Positions 13,481-26,630 of a DNA stretch of 64,000 nucleotides are shown here, piece after piece. Positions within the stretch are counted from its first letter, which is position 1, and each line of letters begins with the position of its first letter. The stretch comes from Raja brachyura (lineage: Eukaryota): the NCBI GenBank assembly GCA_963514005.1, contig OY740802.1, positions 14,818,001-14,882,000 of the forward strand, written 5' to 3'. Under the pieces are notes generated by a model, which worked only from the letters and a program-made list of their open reading frames with translations, had not been told where the DNA came from and searched no databases. The translations under genes and the position numbers were made by a program.

Positions 13481-14485
13481 TGTTTTAAAAAGTCTTGTGG
13501 AAAAAAAAATCTTGGCATATTTGCATCCCAGGTTATTTGGTCATTTTTTTCACACTTTAATAGTAACACCATCAGAAAGACATTTTTAAAAATTTCCTTT
13601 ACTAACCTTTGGGTACCATCATTGCAGTCTTTTTTCCTAAAAAGCGAAAGGATTATGTTCTGTTCAATATAAAACAAACCAAACTGTCTTAGGGAGCTAA
13701 ATTTTGCATAGTACTGTGTTCTTAGATGTATAAAAATGGAACTGCCTTGTGGTTAATATATAAAATTATAGATTGCAATTATCTTTGGTGGAGTGCAAGG
13801 GATTTACCATGCATTGGTGATAGAAAACTCTTCCAGCTGTTTGTTCTGTTTTGCTTATTTCATTACCTGAAGTCGCAGTCTGTTCAACACTTGACCAATT
13901 TGAAGATAGCAGTGAAATGTTTTTGAGCAGGGTGTGGGTGGTAGACCTGTCTCCTAATAATCACACTGGTCTGTTTTAGTTGATTTTGTATTGAGACTGT
14001 CGTAATTCAGATTCCCAAGGTGATGTCATCAATGTGGCACCTTGGTGTTTATGCACATTTCTTTTGGTAGACCTGAGAGAATGGACAACTGGATTAACGG
14101 CATAACTTGAGAGCTGTGGTATTTGGTCTGTCATAATATGCATTAACATTGAGCCAATATAAAAGCAGTTTTTTTTCCTTCCAATTTGAACTTGTAAGTT
14201 AATTGCATTCTTCAGATGAAATAAGATGCTCACTAAACCCTTAGGATTGGATTTTTTGACAATATTTCAAATCTGTATGGTAACATGAAAAATAAACATG
14301 TGTCAATGCCCTCCAAGATATAATACTCCCTATGTTATGAAGAACTAACATATGTTACATGTCAATAGAGCAAAGTAATGTTTTGATTCTCTGTACTGCG
14401 CATTTAGAAATGACTTTCAATGATCCTCTACTAAACACTTGGCTCTTTAATTAAAGTAAGGTTTCAACACACATCCTCTCTCATT

Positions 14486-14774
14486 GTTCAGTTTAGAGAT
14501 ACAGCATGGAAATGGGCTCTACACCGACCAATGATCACCTGTACATGTTATCCCAGTTTTGCATCCTACACACTAGGGGCGATTTACAGAAGCAAATTTA
14601 TTTACAAAACTACATGTCTTTGCAATGTGGGAGGAAACTAGAGCACTCAGCGAAAGCCCGTGTGGCCACAGGGAGAATATACAAACTCCAAACAGACATC
14701 ACCCCCTCGTAGTCTGGATCGAAACCGGGTCTCGGGGGCTGGAAGACAGGAATTCTACCGCTGTGCCACTGTGC
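14486..14774 (-). mobile_element. tRNA-derived HE1/V-SINE-like SINE
   Basis: The minus strand begins with a tRNA-like head (A box TGGCACAGCGG, B box GGTTTCGATCC), has the central GGAGTTTGTA block and ends in a CR1-type tail (GCTGTATCTCTAAAC). Similar to the copies at 19.6, 26.0, 32.1, 45.2 and 46.4 kb. Confidence 0.8.
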
Positions 14775-14956
14775 TAGCCCAGCTCAAGGCACACTTTTCC
14801 ATATTGGCACTTTGACACGAAGCAGTAAAGAAATACCTGGCATTCTGAAAAGGCCATTTGGCCCATTAAGTCTGTGCTGACTCCCTGGTTCCTTGGTCTT
14901 TTCAGTCCCATTGCTCTTGATCTAGTAAACTTATTATTTATCCAATTCCTAGAGTC

Positions 14957-15116
14957 AAGACACAAAAGTGCTTGAGTAACTCGGTGGGTCACGCAGCACC
15001 TCTAGCGGACATGGATAGGTGATGTTTTGAAGAGGAGCCGCAAACTGAAATGTCACCTATCCATATTACCAGTGCTGCTACCTGACCTACTGAGTTACTC
15101 CAGCACTCGGTGTCTT
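14957..15116. mobile_element. Palindromic Penelope-derived short element (hammerhead cores degenerate)
   Basis: Inverted arms GACACAAAAGTGCTTGAGTAACTC ... GAGTTACTCCAGCACTCGGTGTC. Confidence 0.7.
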
Positions 15117-15289
15117 TTTAATTGTGAAAGACTGTCTCCAGTCTCTCCCGGAATGCGGAGTAGTGCACAGAAGTGGGCTGCCTTCCTCACTATGTCCATG
15201 CAGGCTGTTTGGTCCATCCATCTACACTCATTCTATTTTCTTGCACTCGATCTGTATCTTTCTATGCTTTGCTTTAAGTTCCTCTCTAA

Positions 15290-15900
15290 ATGTTTTTGAA
15301 ACCTATCTGATTGCACCACCACCTCTGGTAGCATGTCCCAGTTATCAATAACTTTTTTATAAAGTACATTTCCTCACAAATCCTCTTAACTCCTTTTACC
15401 CCACCTTAAACCTGTGCCCATTTGTTTATGGTATCCATATCATTGGAAGGGGGTTGGGGAGAATTTCTGGCATTTGCCCAATTCTGACGTCTACTCAATG
15501 CGTATACCTCTCAGATCACTCCTATGCACCAGATAAGCTAAATCCAGTCTATCCAATCACTCCCCATAACTAAAGACGTCTAATTTGCACATTCTGGTGA
15601 ATCTCCTCTACACGTTGTCGATGCAACCTGTCCTTTCTTTTGTGACTACTGGAATTACAATAATGCTCCTAAATGCATATCTTCTAAATGTGCGACATAT
15701 TTTCCCAACTTATACCATATGCCAACTTCACGATCTACCTGTGCTGAAATTTTCCGGGAAATGTGGACTTGAAGCCTAGCTCTGTTCATCAACAATCCTT
15801 AGCATCCTGCCATTTACAGTATATCTACTATTCTTATTTGACTTCCTGATTCTATTGTTTCCACCTCTCCCTAGTATGAGTTTCCGATCGTTTCTCACTG
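15290..15900 (-). mobile_element. Highly degraded CR1-like LINE fragment
   Basis: Scattered reverse-complement matches to the CR1 ORF2 3' part (e.g. ccttaaacctgtgccc, cattctggtgaatctcctct). No open frame. Confidence 0.45.
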
Positions 15901-16651
15901 CACTGCAGCAAAGTTTTTTGTTTTCTTTGCATTCCTTCTTGCAATGTGACGTTTGGTCCAATTTTTGTCCCCTTCCAATGTCACAATTACCTCTGCCGAC
16001 ACTCCTCTCTCAATGCCTCAGTTTTGGATCTAGCAAGTCTCTCAACAATTCCCAGCTCGAGTAGTGTTGTGGATCTAAGAGGATGATGAACCTGTCTTTT
16101 CTGTGTTCTCTTAGTTGTTTTGTCTGCCTGTGGAGCCATCTTACTATCAGATCATACCTTCCCCATAGCTTCTGTTTCAATCCACAAATGACGGGTCTGA
16201 GTCCAGTCTCGAATGTGCTTCCATTGTAAACATAACGATGTGATGTGACTTTTTTTTAAACTCCACTCCAGCTGTGAAGTCTGACACTGGAGCTGCTTTT
16301 GGGCAAAAGCCTAGCTTTTGTTCAACACTCTTGAGGCTTTTTAATGTTTCAAACTTTAGAGACTTGTGTATGGCTTATCTGGCAGTATTTTTCCTGTGTT
16401 TGTACAATCAATGGCATAAGCACCATGTAGTACACGTTTGCCCATACAGAGCTCTGAAGATATAAAGGTTGCTTGGAAGTAAGACAACTATTCTTTTATA
16501 TTGATCACTCGTATAAAGAAATGTACAAAACAATGCAGGAATTTTCTCTTGCAGAATAAAAAAATCTTTCTTTCATGAAGTTAATAAAATTCAGTCCAGT
16601 GGGGAACGCAAAATCCATTGAGGAAATAAACAAATTAAATGTTGACTTGTT

Positions 16652-16744
16652 GACATAAATGCTGGAGAAACTCAGCGGGTGAGGCAGTATCTATGGAGCA
16701 AAGGAAATAGGCAACGTTTCGGGCCGAAATCCTTCTTCAGAAGG
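16652..16744 (-). mobile_element. Single arm of the palindromic family with a minus-strand hammerhead motif (16709-16741)
   Basis: Minus strand reads CTGAAGA-A-GGATTTCGGCCC-GAAA-CG-TT-GCCT. The core is intact, with one stem II mismatch. Confidence 0.7.
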
Positions 16745-17734
16745 TTGACTTGTGTCATGTTAAGGGATTCATACCATAATTTTGTTGTTACTTCCTGATC
16801 TGTCATGTTTTTTTTAAACTGATTTACAGCAGATGTGGTAGGAGTTAGAAATTTTGTTTATTTCATCAGAATTCCAAATGTGATCTGACTTTGAATAAAA
16901 TTGATGTTATACCTGGGATCCATCCATGTAGAAATGAGATTGCTGAGGAAACTTGTACTGTCTCCAGACAAATCGAGTACTTCTCCACATTGCCAATGCT
17001 AAATATGTTGAAAAGGTGTTGCAAAAATAACTTTGTACTGTATAAATCTAATAATATGCAAATATATTTAGGTTATTCTATGGTGTATTGTCTTGAAGCG
17101 GTTGGCTGTTCTGATTTTTTTTTTGATTTTTACCATATTGTTTGAAAGATGTACTTTTTTGTGAAAAATAAACATTTCGTGAGCGAGTTGAAATGCTAGT
17201 TTACTTTAGAAAATAAGGATTCATTAAATTGTGACAAGCAGCATATCTAAACCCGTTTCATCATCACCTTTTATTCAACGTGATTTTGTTTTTAAAATAA
17301 ACAATCCGTTCATTCAAGAAAGGATATATTCACAAGATAATTTTCACTTATCATGCAAATGAATTGGATTCGATTAGACTTGAACACATGTGGTGGTGGA
17401 AATTTGGAACTCCCTTTCATAAAATGCAGCTGATGCTGGATCAGTTAATTCTGCATTAATTCTACCGGTTAGCAAAATAAATTAGGTAATGTAGAACAAA
17501 GGCAAATATAAAGTTAGAGACAGATTGGCCATTTTATAATATAGTCGAGGACAGGCTCAAGGGGTTAAATGACCTATTCTTGGTCTTGTGTTTCAAATAT
17601 CAGAATATATTTTCAGCTGTGGCTGTTTCCATTTTATAAGATGGTTATTTAAATTGTATTGGTAATGGTGCTTTTAAAATTCCCCAGGCTGCCACTGCTG
17701 GTAAATGGGTAAAGCTGATATTTACTTTCTCTCT

Positions 17735-17912
17735 GTTTAAGAAAGAACTGCAGATGCTGGATAAATAGAAGGTGTACAAAAATGCTGGATAAACTCAGCG
17801 GGTGAGGCAGTATCTATGGAGCGAAGGAATAGGTGATGAAATGGCTCCTATTTCCTGCGCTCCATAGATGCTGCCTCACCCGTTGAGTTTCTCCAGTGTT
17901 TTTGTCTACCTT
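17735..17912. mobile_element. Palindromic family copy with the centre (both hammerheads) deleted
   Basis: Arms AACTCAGCGGGTGAGGCAGTATCTATGGAGCG and CGCTCCATAGATGCTGCCTCACCCGTTGAGTT. Confidence 0.8.
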
Positions 17913-19573
17913 TATTTTCTCTCTGCTAGGGATGCTAACGCCCCCGAACTATGGTCTGCAGTGTGTGAGAATTATACAGCTTATGGCAATGATAAACCAA
18001 TACCTGTACAAAGGTGCAATGGAAAATGTTTGTTTTGCATGATATCGAGGGAAATCATATCCGACATGAGTATAACAAGTAGTGCAAAGTGGAAAGGAAA
18101 CAGATTGTAGAATATAGTGTTACAGCTGTGGAGTCAGATAATGTTTTTTTTTAAAGTGCTAACAAGTTGGATTGAGAGATCACGAATATGTCCTTTGTGT
18201 AAGAGAGCTCCGTGGTAACCGTTGGGAAGAAGCTGTTCTTGTTTTCATTCATTTCACCATCTACATCTCTATTTCCTTTTCCCCTGACTTTCAGTCTGAA
18301 GAGGGGTCTCATTCCTTTTTTACACAGATCCTGAGCTATTCCAACATTTTGTGTCTAACTTGCATTTGGTAATAAGGTTTTCCAAGCCTTTGTATCTATT
18401 GCTTGATATGGGGTGGGGGGGGGGGGGGGGGGAGGGAAGAGAGGAGTGAGCGTGAACAGTTCTTGATTACGTTGACTACTAGAGGCACTGGCGTGGCTTT
18501 CTTGGCCCAATCTCAGTGTAAATTCTTGGGTTCATTTATATAAGGTCACTTGTAGCAACTTTGTACGAAATCATCAAGTTTATTTTCAGGTTGTTTATTG
18601 CCTAACACTACAAGCCATTAATGGTAACATCTCAATAAAGGAGCAAATGACCCTGAATAGAGTCTGAAAGATGAATTTGCATTTTGAGGCGGGGACTATT
18701 GAATCTCTTCCAGGAAATTTGGCACTTTTCTAAGCAAAAGAAAAGTTAGAGCAAAATTATGGAGTAAGTTTTGAGTTACTTAAGCAAAAAATAGACACAA
18801 GAGATAGGCCTAATAGTGGTCTGTGCAACATGTGGCTTAATAATTTATACTGAATGGATGGTTCTGTTTGTGAAGGGGTGCTGCTTTGCCAGCTAATCAT
18901 AAACCTGTCAGTTTTAATTTGAAAGTCTTATTAGATTCTATGCATTCTTTTATTGCTCCCTTTGGATCATTTAATTTAAAAAGAGGTTTAGATCGTTGAA
19001 TTGTGTTTGCATTTTTTTTAATGGGAGGGGCAGTGTGTGGTTCTGGTGCCTCTTGTGGAATGTGGCACTAACACATCTCAATCCCGTAGCACTTGCAGTT
19101 GTATTAGTCACTTGCTATTCGGATACTCGCAGGATACAGAGGCCGATGTATGGTGCTTGTGTTTTTCCTAAAGCAAAATTGATTTATGCTACAATTTTGA
19201 AAAGTTTTATTTTCCCAGCAGAAGGGTGTGGGAACTCGGTGAAAGTAAAGTATTGGTTCAACATCATCCTTGTTGAGTCCCTCCCCCTCCTGCAGTCTTT
19301 GGGTTCACCGTCCTGATTCAGAATCAGAATCGCAGTTTCCAATAACTTTTCACCTTTTTTCAGGCACAGGTCAGATATATGGTGAAATGCTCTTCATTTG
19401 TGTGGTTGAATGCAGCTGCAATAACACTTGCAGCTTCTCTGTCTCCTCATCTGTTACTCTAAACATTCACTCCCTCCACCACTGTGGTAATGTGCACCAG
19501 TTAACAGACCATCTATAAAATGCTGAAGAAAGAACTGCAGATGCTGGAAAAATCGAAGGTAGACAGAAATCGA

Positions 19574-19748
19574 CCAATTAACCTACAAACCTGTACATCT
19601 TTGGAGGAAACCTGAGCACCCAGGGAAACCCCCCGGGAGTCACAGGGGGAACGTACAAACTCTGTAAAAACAGCACCCATTGTCGGGATCGAACACGGGT
19701 CTCTGGCGCTTTAAGGCAGCAACTCTACCACTGCTCCACCATACCACC
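19574..19748 (-). mobile_element. HE1/V-SINE-like SINE (3'-truncated), abutting a fragment of the palindromic family (19524-19570)
   Basis: Minus strand has GGTAGAGTTGCTGCCTTAAAGCGCCAGAGACCCGTGTTCGATCCC and GAGTTTGTACGTTCCCCCTGTGAC. Confidence 0.8.
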
Positions 19749-21121
19749 TGTTAAGCACTTGGCCCTCTTGCATTTGGAAGTGTTACCAACTGCAATTCCC
19801 TGCCCTCTAATTAATCCACAGCTTTGTTACTTTAAAATATCCAGTGATTTGCCATCACGTTGTTTAAATTCTGGCACTCCACAACCAATGATAAAGGTGA
19901 CAAACACAATGGGTTATCAATACCAGGAGGATTGCAGTGTTTCGAGGTGGGCCAGCCTCAAGTTTCAGTGTATTTGGCAATGGGAAAGGAAGGTTAGCTT
20001 TGCCCAAGACGCCTATATTCCATAGTTGGATAATTATAACAGGTGTTTAAATTTTTTTTGGAGGTCCAGGCATACTGAGTAAAATCCTGACAATGAAAGA
20101 AATGTTCAACAACCTGTACAGTTACAGTATTCTGCTTTACAAAATATCCCCCATACCTTTTGCATTATTGTTGAACGCTCGCTTGAAATAATGGGACCCT
20201 TGAGAGATGTATAAAAATGTGAGGATAGTTATGCCGTTTAAGTCTACATGCAGACTTATCATTGGACAAATAATAGTTTGGAAGAAATCGGTTGGAAAGA
20301 GGCTATTCCATGCAAATTATTGCTAATATTACTAAAAAGATTTTCATGACATGCCTGCCTTGGTCCATTGACTATAGTTTGACAGTAATGTAGAATTGAA
20401 CATTTTCAGCATATGAGCTATTTACTAAATGTTGGTGTGCCTTGATTTTACCATTGCAGTTTTTGTTTTCCATCACTAGAGGGACTTCATTTGGCTTACA
20501 ATTCCAAATGTTTTGCTACAAGCTGGTGGTTCAAATAAAGTTCTCTGGGAGAACCTGTGCCATTTTAAAGTTCATTATGTTGACAATTTCATAGTTTGGT
20601 AAATAAAGTTGACATGACCCGAACCTGGAAGCTTGCGATATATTCAATTACAATACAGGTTACCACAACTGTTGAGATGGTGGTTATGTTCCTCAAATGA
20701 TCTGCTTTGCTATTTTCCATAACACAAAGCTGCTTCATCTACGAATGCAAGAAGAAAAAAATTATTTACTTTTAACAAACTCCACGGGTGAATTTTATTC
20801 CTTATCTCAAATTTTGGGTAGTGATTTGTGAATTCTGCGAGGCCGAATGTCTATTTAACCTAATGTTGCTAACGTGGAGGTCGTCTGTATCATTCTTATC
20901 TGATTTAGTTAGTTAAAACCGGGGGGGGGGGGGGGGGGGGGGGAACATTTCTGACTGCAATTTGATTTGTTAGTGGACTTTGATGCAAGTACTTGACGAC
21001 ATGACTGAATGTTGGTCATTAACGTCAAGAACACTTGACAAATTGAGGTAATTGAGGTATGTTTTGCAGGTAATACTTTTTCTTTTGGGTTAAAAATTTT
21101 GATCGCACTCAGAGCCATGAG

Positions 21122-21237
21122 AAGGGGGGGGGAAAATTATAAGTGTAAATAATAGTTTCCATTTTGGCTTCATTTAATTGAGGGGGGGCGGAATTATAAG
21201 TGTAAATAATAATTTCCATTTTGGTTTAATTTAATTC
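21122..21237. repeat. Two-copy tandem duplication of about 58 bp
   Basis: AG(n)..AATTATAAGTGTAAATAATARTTTCCATTTTGGYTTMATTTAATT occurs twice with few substitutions. Confidence 0.9.
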
Positions 21238-21339
21238 CGGTTGCTGCACAACTCTTCTTTAGGCATTATCTGCCTGCGGATACATTAATGATAAATAAAA
21301 ATTCCCTTTTGTTGTGGACCAGCATCAGCTGATTGCAAC

Positions 21340-22400
21340 TTGAGTGTGCCACTGTTGTTCAAAAAAGGAGCGGAGAAAGTAAAATCTATTGGCTAGTTAA
21401 TCAATATGCAAAAATACAGGAATCTATTGCTTAATATCTGCTCATAGAGCATTTAAATAGAATGCTTTGGGTTGATTTAACTTCGTATAATGAAAGGGAA
21501 AATTGTTCTTGGCAAATTGTAAAGCTTTACTAGTTGATAAGAGGGAGCCAGTGAATAGTAGTATGTCTGAATTTTCAGAAGGCATTTGATAAGATACCGT
21601 ATCAAAGGTTGATGAAATAGCAGTTCATGGTGTTGGGAGGTAATACTGAAGGACAGAAAACTGGAAACTAAGCTTATTTTTTTAGGTTAGTGGAATGTCA
21701 CAACCACTCGTGTGGAGCCATTTGCGGTTTATACATTAATCTTATTTATAATTAAAGGACAATGTTATGTATCTAGTTTAGATAGTATGAAGTCTGATGG
21801 GGGAACAAATTGTGAAATTTGCTGTTGGATTAAATGGTGGCAGACAAAATATAATGTGGGCCTATGCAAGGTTAATCATTGCAGGAAGAAAAAGAGAAAA
21901 GTAGCAAGATGTTAATGTTGGTGGAAGAATCATGTGCTGATTCACGGAATGTTGAATGTCAAATATGAAGCAATTAGGTGAATAATGTGTTGGTAATGAT
22001 TGCAACTGAGGCAGAGTATAAAAGTTCAGATGTCTGATTTGATAGGTTTGTGTTGAAAATAACACACCAGGAATCCTGTAGTTTTGGTGATCTAGATGAA
22101 CACAGGATTTTTTTTTTCCTTCTGAATTGGTGAACCCAGGCTGGATTGTTTTCTGCTACGAGTGGGTTGCTCTAAGAATAGTGCACATTTGGTCAACATT
22201 GAAGCGAGATCAGAAGAATAATGGCTGATCTCAAAGGTTGTGAGGATTGTTGAGGCTGTTTTGCCAGACTAGAGATTGTTTCATGAGCAGCTTAAGACTA
22301 TTTGAGATGAACATTATTGTGTCCACATAGGTCTTCAGAATTATTTTAACTAAAAGGTTGCAAATGTTCCCTTGGAGCTGCGATAGGTAGATATTTGAAG
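21340..22400 (+). mobile_element. Old degraded CR1 ORF2 fragment
   Basis: Collinear remnants of the 11-13 kb copy: ccactgttgttcaaaaaaggag, gataagagggagccagtg, ttttcagaaggcatttgataag (FQKAFDK), tggcagacaaaatataatgtg. Many indels. Confidence 0.7.
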
Positions 22401-23269
22401 TTTGAGTTTAGTTTATGGTCATGTGACGAAAAATGTATAATGAAAAACTTGTTAAAGACAATACACAATTACTATCGAGCAATCAAAATGTACAGATACT
22501 TGATAAAGGGAATAACGTGAATGATAAAGGAAATATCGTGTTGGGAATCGGATGGAAAAGAAGATTTGAGGTGCTTTGTCAAAATCTTACTAAATGTTAG
22601 AGCAAGTACCTTGCCATTGAGCACAAGTCAGTGTAAGCTTAAACTATTCTCGTTTCTAGAATAAACTCTGTAATATGCATACTGTTATTTGTTTTTTAAA
22701 TGCTATCCTTGTGTGCAATGTTCTCTATTTCCATCAGGCACTGTTCCATGCAGTTTGTTTTCTTCACCCTGTTTCTGCGTTTGTGGTGAATCACAGAAAG
22801 GACTCTATTGAATGCTATAATGTACAAGCCATGTCTTGGAAAAAGAACTGCAGAGGCTGATGACCTATTTAAAATGCTACAGGGCTGCCCACAGTATTTT
22901 ATTACAGTATCAATGGCCTTTGTCATCCATGCTTCAACAAAAGTATTAGAATTTTAATTCAGATACTTCATTGGAATTGCTTTAAAGCTGTCAGAAATCC
23001 TTTGCCAATAGATAAAAGTGAACATGCCAAATATTTCAGTCAAGAGTATTTAATTGTCATGCACTGGGATGAGAACAATGACATTCTTACTTGCTGCAGC
23101 CTTGTAAGCTGGTTCAGAGTGGGGAGTAGTGGAGATAATTGTTGTTACGATCTTGGAGTCCTTTAGCCAAAGAGAAGGCACATTTACAACTTTTTCTAAT
23201 CTGAAGATGGCTGAAATTGTAAATGAACTATTCATCGGAAGCAACTAATAGGTAGCTGATAGTAATGGG

Positions 23270-23375
23270 GGGTACACAAAATGCTGGAGAAACTCAGCGG
23301 GTGCAGCAGCATCTATGGAGCGAAGGAGATGGGCAACGTTTCGGGCGGAAACCCTTCTTCAGACTGATGGGGGGG
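23270..23375 (-). mobile_element. Single arm of the palindromic Penelope-derived family
   Basis: GGTACACAAAATGCTGGAGAAACTCAGCGGGTGCAGCAGCATCTATGGAGCGAAGG followed by the hammerhead module. Confidence 0.8.
23331..23366 (-). ncRNA. Minimal hammerhead ribozyme motif (best-preserved copy)
   Basis: Minus strand cagt-CTGAAGA-A-GGGT-ttcc-GCCC-GAAA-CG-TT-gccc has all conserved core residues (CUGAnGA, GAAA, UH), a 4-bp stem II, and palindromic AACGTT in place of stem III. Stem I is only about 2 bp. Activity untested. Confidence 0.55.
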
Positions 23376-23984
23376 TCTAGCTGATAATAATGGATGGATT
23401 GGACCAGAATAATTAATTTTTCTTATTTCTGTTACATCATTTGAAACCACTCATTATGTATAGTCTGGTGTCCCAGATGATGTGGAACAAATTTAATGAA
23501 ACTGAGTATGTGTCTATTCTAAGTACATCAGTAATTTAATGCTCTACTATATCTCGTAACCTGGTCAGTTAATTTTGCTATACTATCCATGAAAATGCCA
23601 GGTTTAAACATGTTGCCTATTTGCTGATCTTGCTATCTTGCACCCCCTTACGGTGAATGTGTGAGAGTGTTAGATGAGGGAGGATAAGATCCTGATTTGC
23701 TTGATACACTCATACCAGACCATTTTAATACACGAGGAATAGCTATTGGGGCTGAAGCAGAACCTTATTAAATTGTGCCCCAGATAGAAATGGTGGGAGA
23801 TGATTTGAGGTGACTGGTTTTGGGAAGAAATACTTTGTTCTGAATGATTCAAGTATTGCCATTGTGTATATGACGGGGGGGGGGGGGCACTGGTCTATTT
23901 TTAAATGACGACAGGAGAAATGGGTGTAAAATAGAAAATAAACAAGTGCAGAACCTGGTGATACAGCTGCAGAGAGAAACCAAT

Positions 23985-24630
23985 ATTAAAAGTGTTGAAG
24001 ACAGCAATGAGGTAGATTGGGAATTCATCCTTGCTCAAAAGTCTTATAACAGCAGAAAATAAGCTGTTCTTTTATCTGGTTCTACATGCTTTCACGTTTT
24101 TGTACGTTTTGCTTTATAGAGGGAAGAAAAGAATGACCAGGGTGTGAATGTATTGGCTGGTTTGCATGTTGTGCTGGGCTATCTATACAACTCTACACTT
24201 TCTATACAGTTTTGGGCAGAGTAGATGCTACACTAAGTTTGATGCATCCAGATAGAATGCTTTCTATTGTACTTCTTTAGAAATTGGTAAGACTCATTGG
24301 ATCCTTGCCAAATGTTCTTAGTTGTCTGAGGAAGTACAGGTGTTGGTGTGCTTTCTTAGTTGTAATGTCAATTTGGTTGGACCAGAACAAATTGTTGGTG
24401 ATATTGATGCCTAGAAACCTGAAGTAATTGATTCACTTCACAAGCTCCATTGATGAAGGCTGGCGCATGTACTCTTCTCCACTTCCTGAGGTCATTGACC
24501 AGCTCCTTTGTTTTGATGTTGAGGGAGAAGTTGTGGTTTTGACACCATAGTATTAAACACTATCTTATTCCTGTACTTCATTTCATTATTTGAGATCTGG
24601 TCCACCCATGGTAGTGCCATCTACAAATGT
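23985..24630 (-). mobile_element. Degraded Rex1/Babar-type LINE fragment
   Basis: The minus strand encodes remnants WCQNHNFSLNI..KELVNDLRK..FRFLGINITNNLFWSNQIDITTKKAHQHLYFLRQLRTFG, typical of the Rex1/Babar RT C-terminal region. Confidence 0.75.
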
Positions 24631-25822
24631 ATCGACTCTATGCTTTTTCTGGATTGTGTGCAAAAACAAAGAATTTCACTGGGAATCATTGAGTTACAGC
24701 AGAATTTGAGCAGTAAAGTAGGATGAAAAATGTCCAACTCCCCAGAGATTATTATAAATCACCTTAACTGCAGCCAGATTCATGAATATTATGTCTCGCA
24801 GTAGAAAGAGGAACAAAATCCAAGTTTTATTCATCTTATGAGAGAGCATACAGAACAAAAAATGTAAAAATGTGCATTTTCTATGCCTCAAGGTCAGTAT
24901 GCTACTGTATTGCAGTCTTGCACTGATATGAAGAGGAAATGAAGGTTAACCGTCGAGTTTCTCCCTGTCATATTGACACGGTCTTGTATGTTTTGGCAAT
25001 TCAAAATTTGTGCTCCGAGCATTATGCATCTGCAGCTTTTCTGTTGACACCTTTAACTGTTATGTCATTGCTGTCACAAATGCTGTTCTTGAATGCTAAT
25101 CTCAATCATGGAAATCTGTTTAAGCTAACTTGATTTAGATAAAATGATTAGCACTTTAGCTAAACTGTCTAGCTGGTATTAGTCATAAACTGGAATTGAA
25201 AGCATCTATTGTGGATATTGTAAATTAACATCCTTGAGTTAGAATAGTCTGTACTAGTTGCACGTCTGGTATCAGTAGCAAAGCTGTTTTTCTTCCTTGA
25301 CATTCCACCACGGTCAAATATTGAATAATATCGTGAGTAGATTAAACAAAAGAATGGTAGGTCAGTCACTGTTGCAGTGTGTGGAAATTCAGTTATGCTG
25401 AATGGATGGGTATTTAGATTTCAGTGATTTAATTCTGACAGTTTTTGCTTGCTTATTTTTAGTTTCCTTAAATTTTGATTTGAACAATTGACATTGTCAA
25501 TTATTCTGTTTCTGTGGATTTTGTTGGAATATCCTCCATACCAAATCTAAAAAATTTCTTCATGCTAGCAATTTTGATGTTGAATATTAATGTCATTTGA
25601 ATAAGTGTGTAGAATTTGTGAAGCTGGCCTGCCTTGTCAGATATCAGAACTGGCAAATTATATGTGACGTCTGCCAGATTAGAGAGCCCTGCATGTAATG
25701 GAAATGTGTTTATTTTCAGAATTAATATCACATTTCGAATTATGTCCAGTAGATATTACTGACTAATCATGGGCATGAGTGGCAACTATTTTTTGGGGCA
25801 AGAAAAAACTAACATTCAAATG

Positions 25823-26400
25823 GGTGACATCATGCATTATATAGTGTTACGGCAGCCTTGGGTTTAATCCTGATTTCTCGTGTTGTCTGTTTGGAGTTTG
25901 CAAGTTTAGTTGAGGGAAACAGCATGGAAACGTGTCCTTCATCCCACCAAGTCCTCACTAATCATATATTCACATTACTTTTACGATTTCCCACTCTCTG
26001 ATCTATTCTTGCACACTCGCGGTGATTTAGAGGCCAATCAACCGACAAACCTGCACACCGTTGCAATGTGGGAGGAAACCGGGTCGCAGGGAGGAGGTGC
26101 AAGCTCCACTTCGATAGTGCCCGAGGTCAGGATCGAACTTCCAACTGCTGTGCCACTGACTACATTTTCAATGGGTTCTTGCTGCGATTGTGTAGGTTTT
26201 CCCTGGAAGGTCCAATTTCTTCCCACATTCCAATGGTTTGCCTAATTCGTTATTTGTAAATTACCTCTCGTTTTGATGGTAAGAAAAGTATCATGGAGTC
26301 AGTGGGCTTGTGAATGGTTATAGACTGCGGAATGGAACTCTGGGAATGCTCAGAGAGCAGGCAAAGACTCTTTGGGCCAAGTGGCGACCTCCTATAACAT
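25823..26400. mobile_element. Nested SINEs: minus-strand HE1-like copy (25904-26158) inserted into an older plus-strand copy
   Basis: The plus-strand head GGGTTTAATCCTGA..GTCTGTTTGGAGTTTGCA stops at 25903 and resumes near 26175 (GGTTTTCCCTGG..TTCTTCCCACATTCCAA). The interval is an inverted copy of the same family. Confidence 0.65.
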
Positions 26401-26434
26401 TAGAGAGTATGATGTGATGGAAGGTAGTGTTTTG

Positions 26435-26630
26435 GTGACACAGGAGTCTGCAGATGCTGGAATATAGAGGAAATGCAAAATACTGGAGGAACTCTGCAAG
26501 TCAGGCAGCATCTGGGGATTGAATGGACAGGCACGCTTTGAGCCTGAACCTATCTTTGGGCCCAAAACATTGTCTATCCATTCCCTCTCAATTTGCTGTC
26601 CGGCCCACTGATTTCTCTAGCACTTTGTAC
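26435..26630. mobile_element. Old diverged palindromic family copy
   Basis: CTGCAGATGCTGGAAT..CTGGAGGAACTC..CAGGCAGCATCTG arm with a diverged inverted arm ending CTAGCACTTTGTA. Confidence 0.6.
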
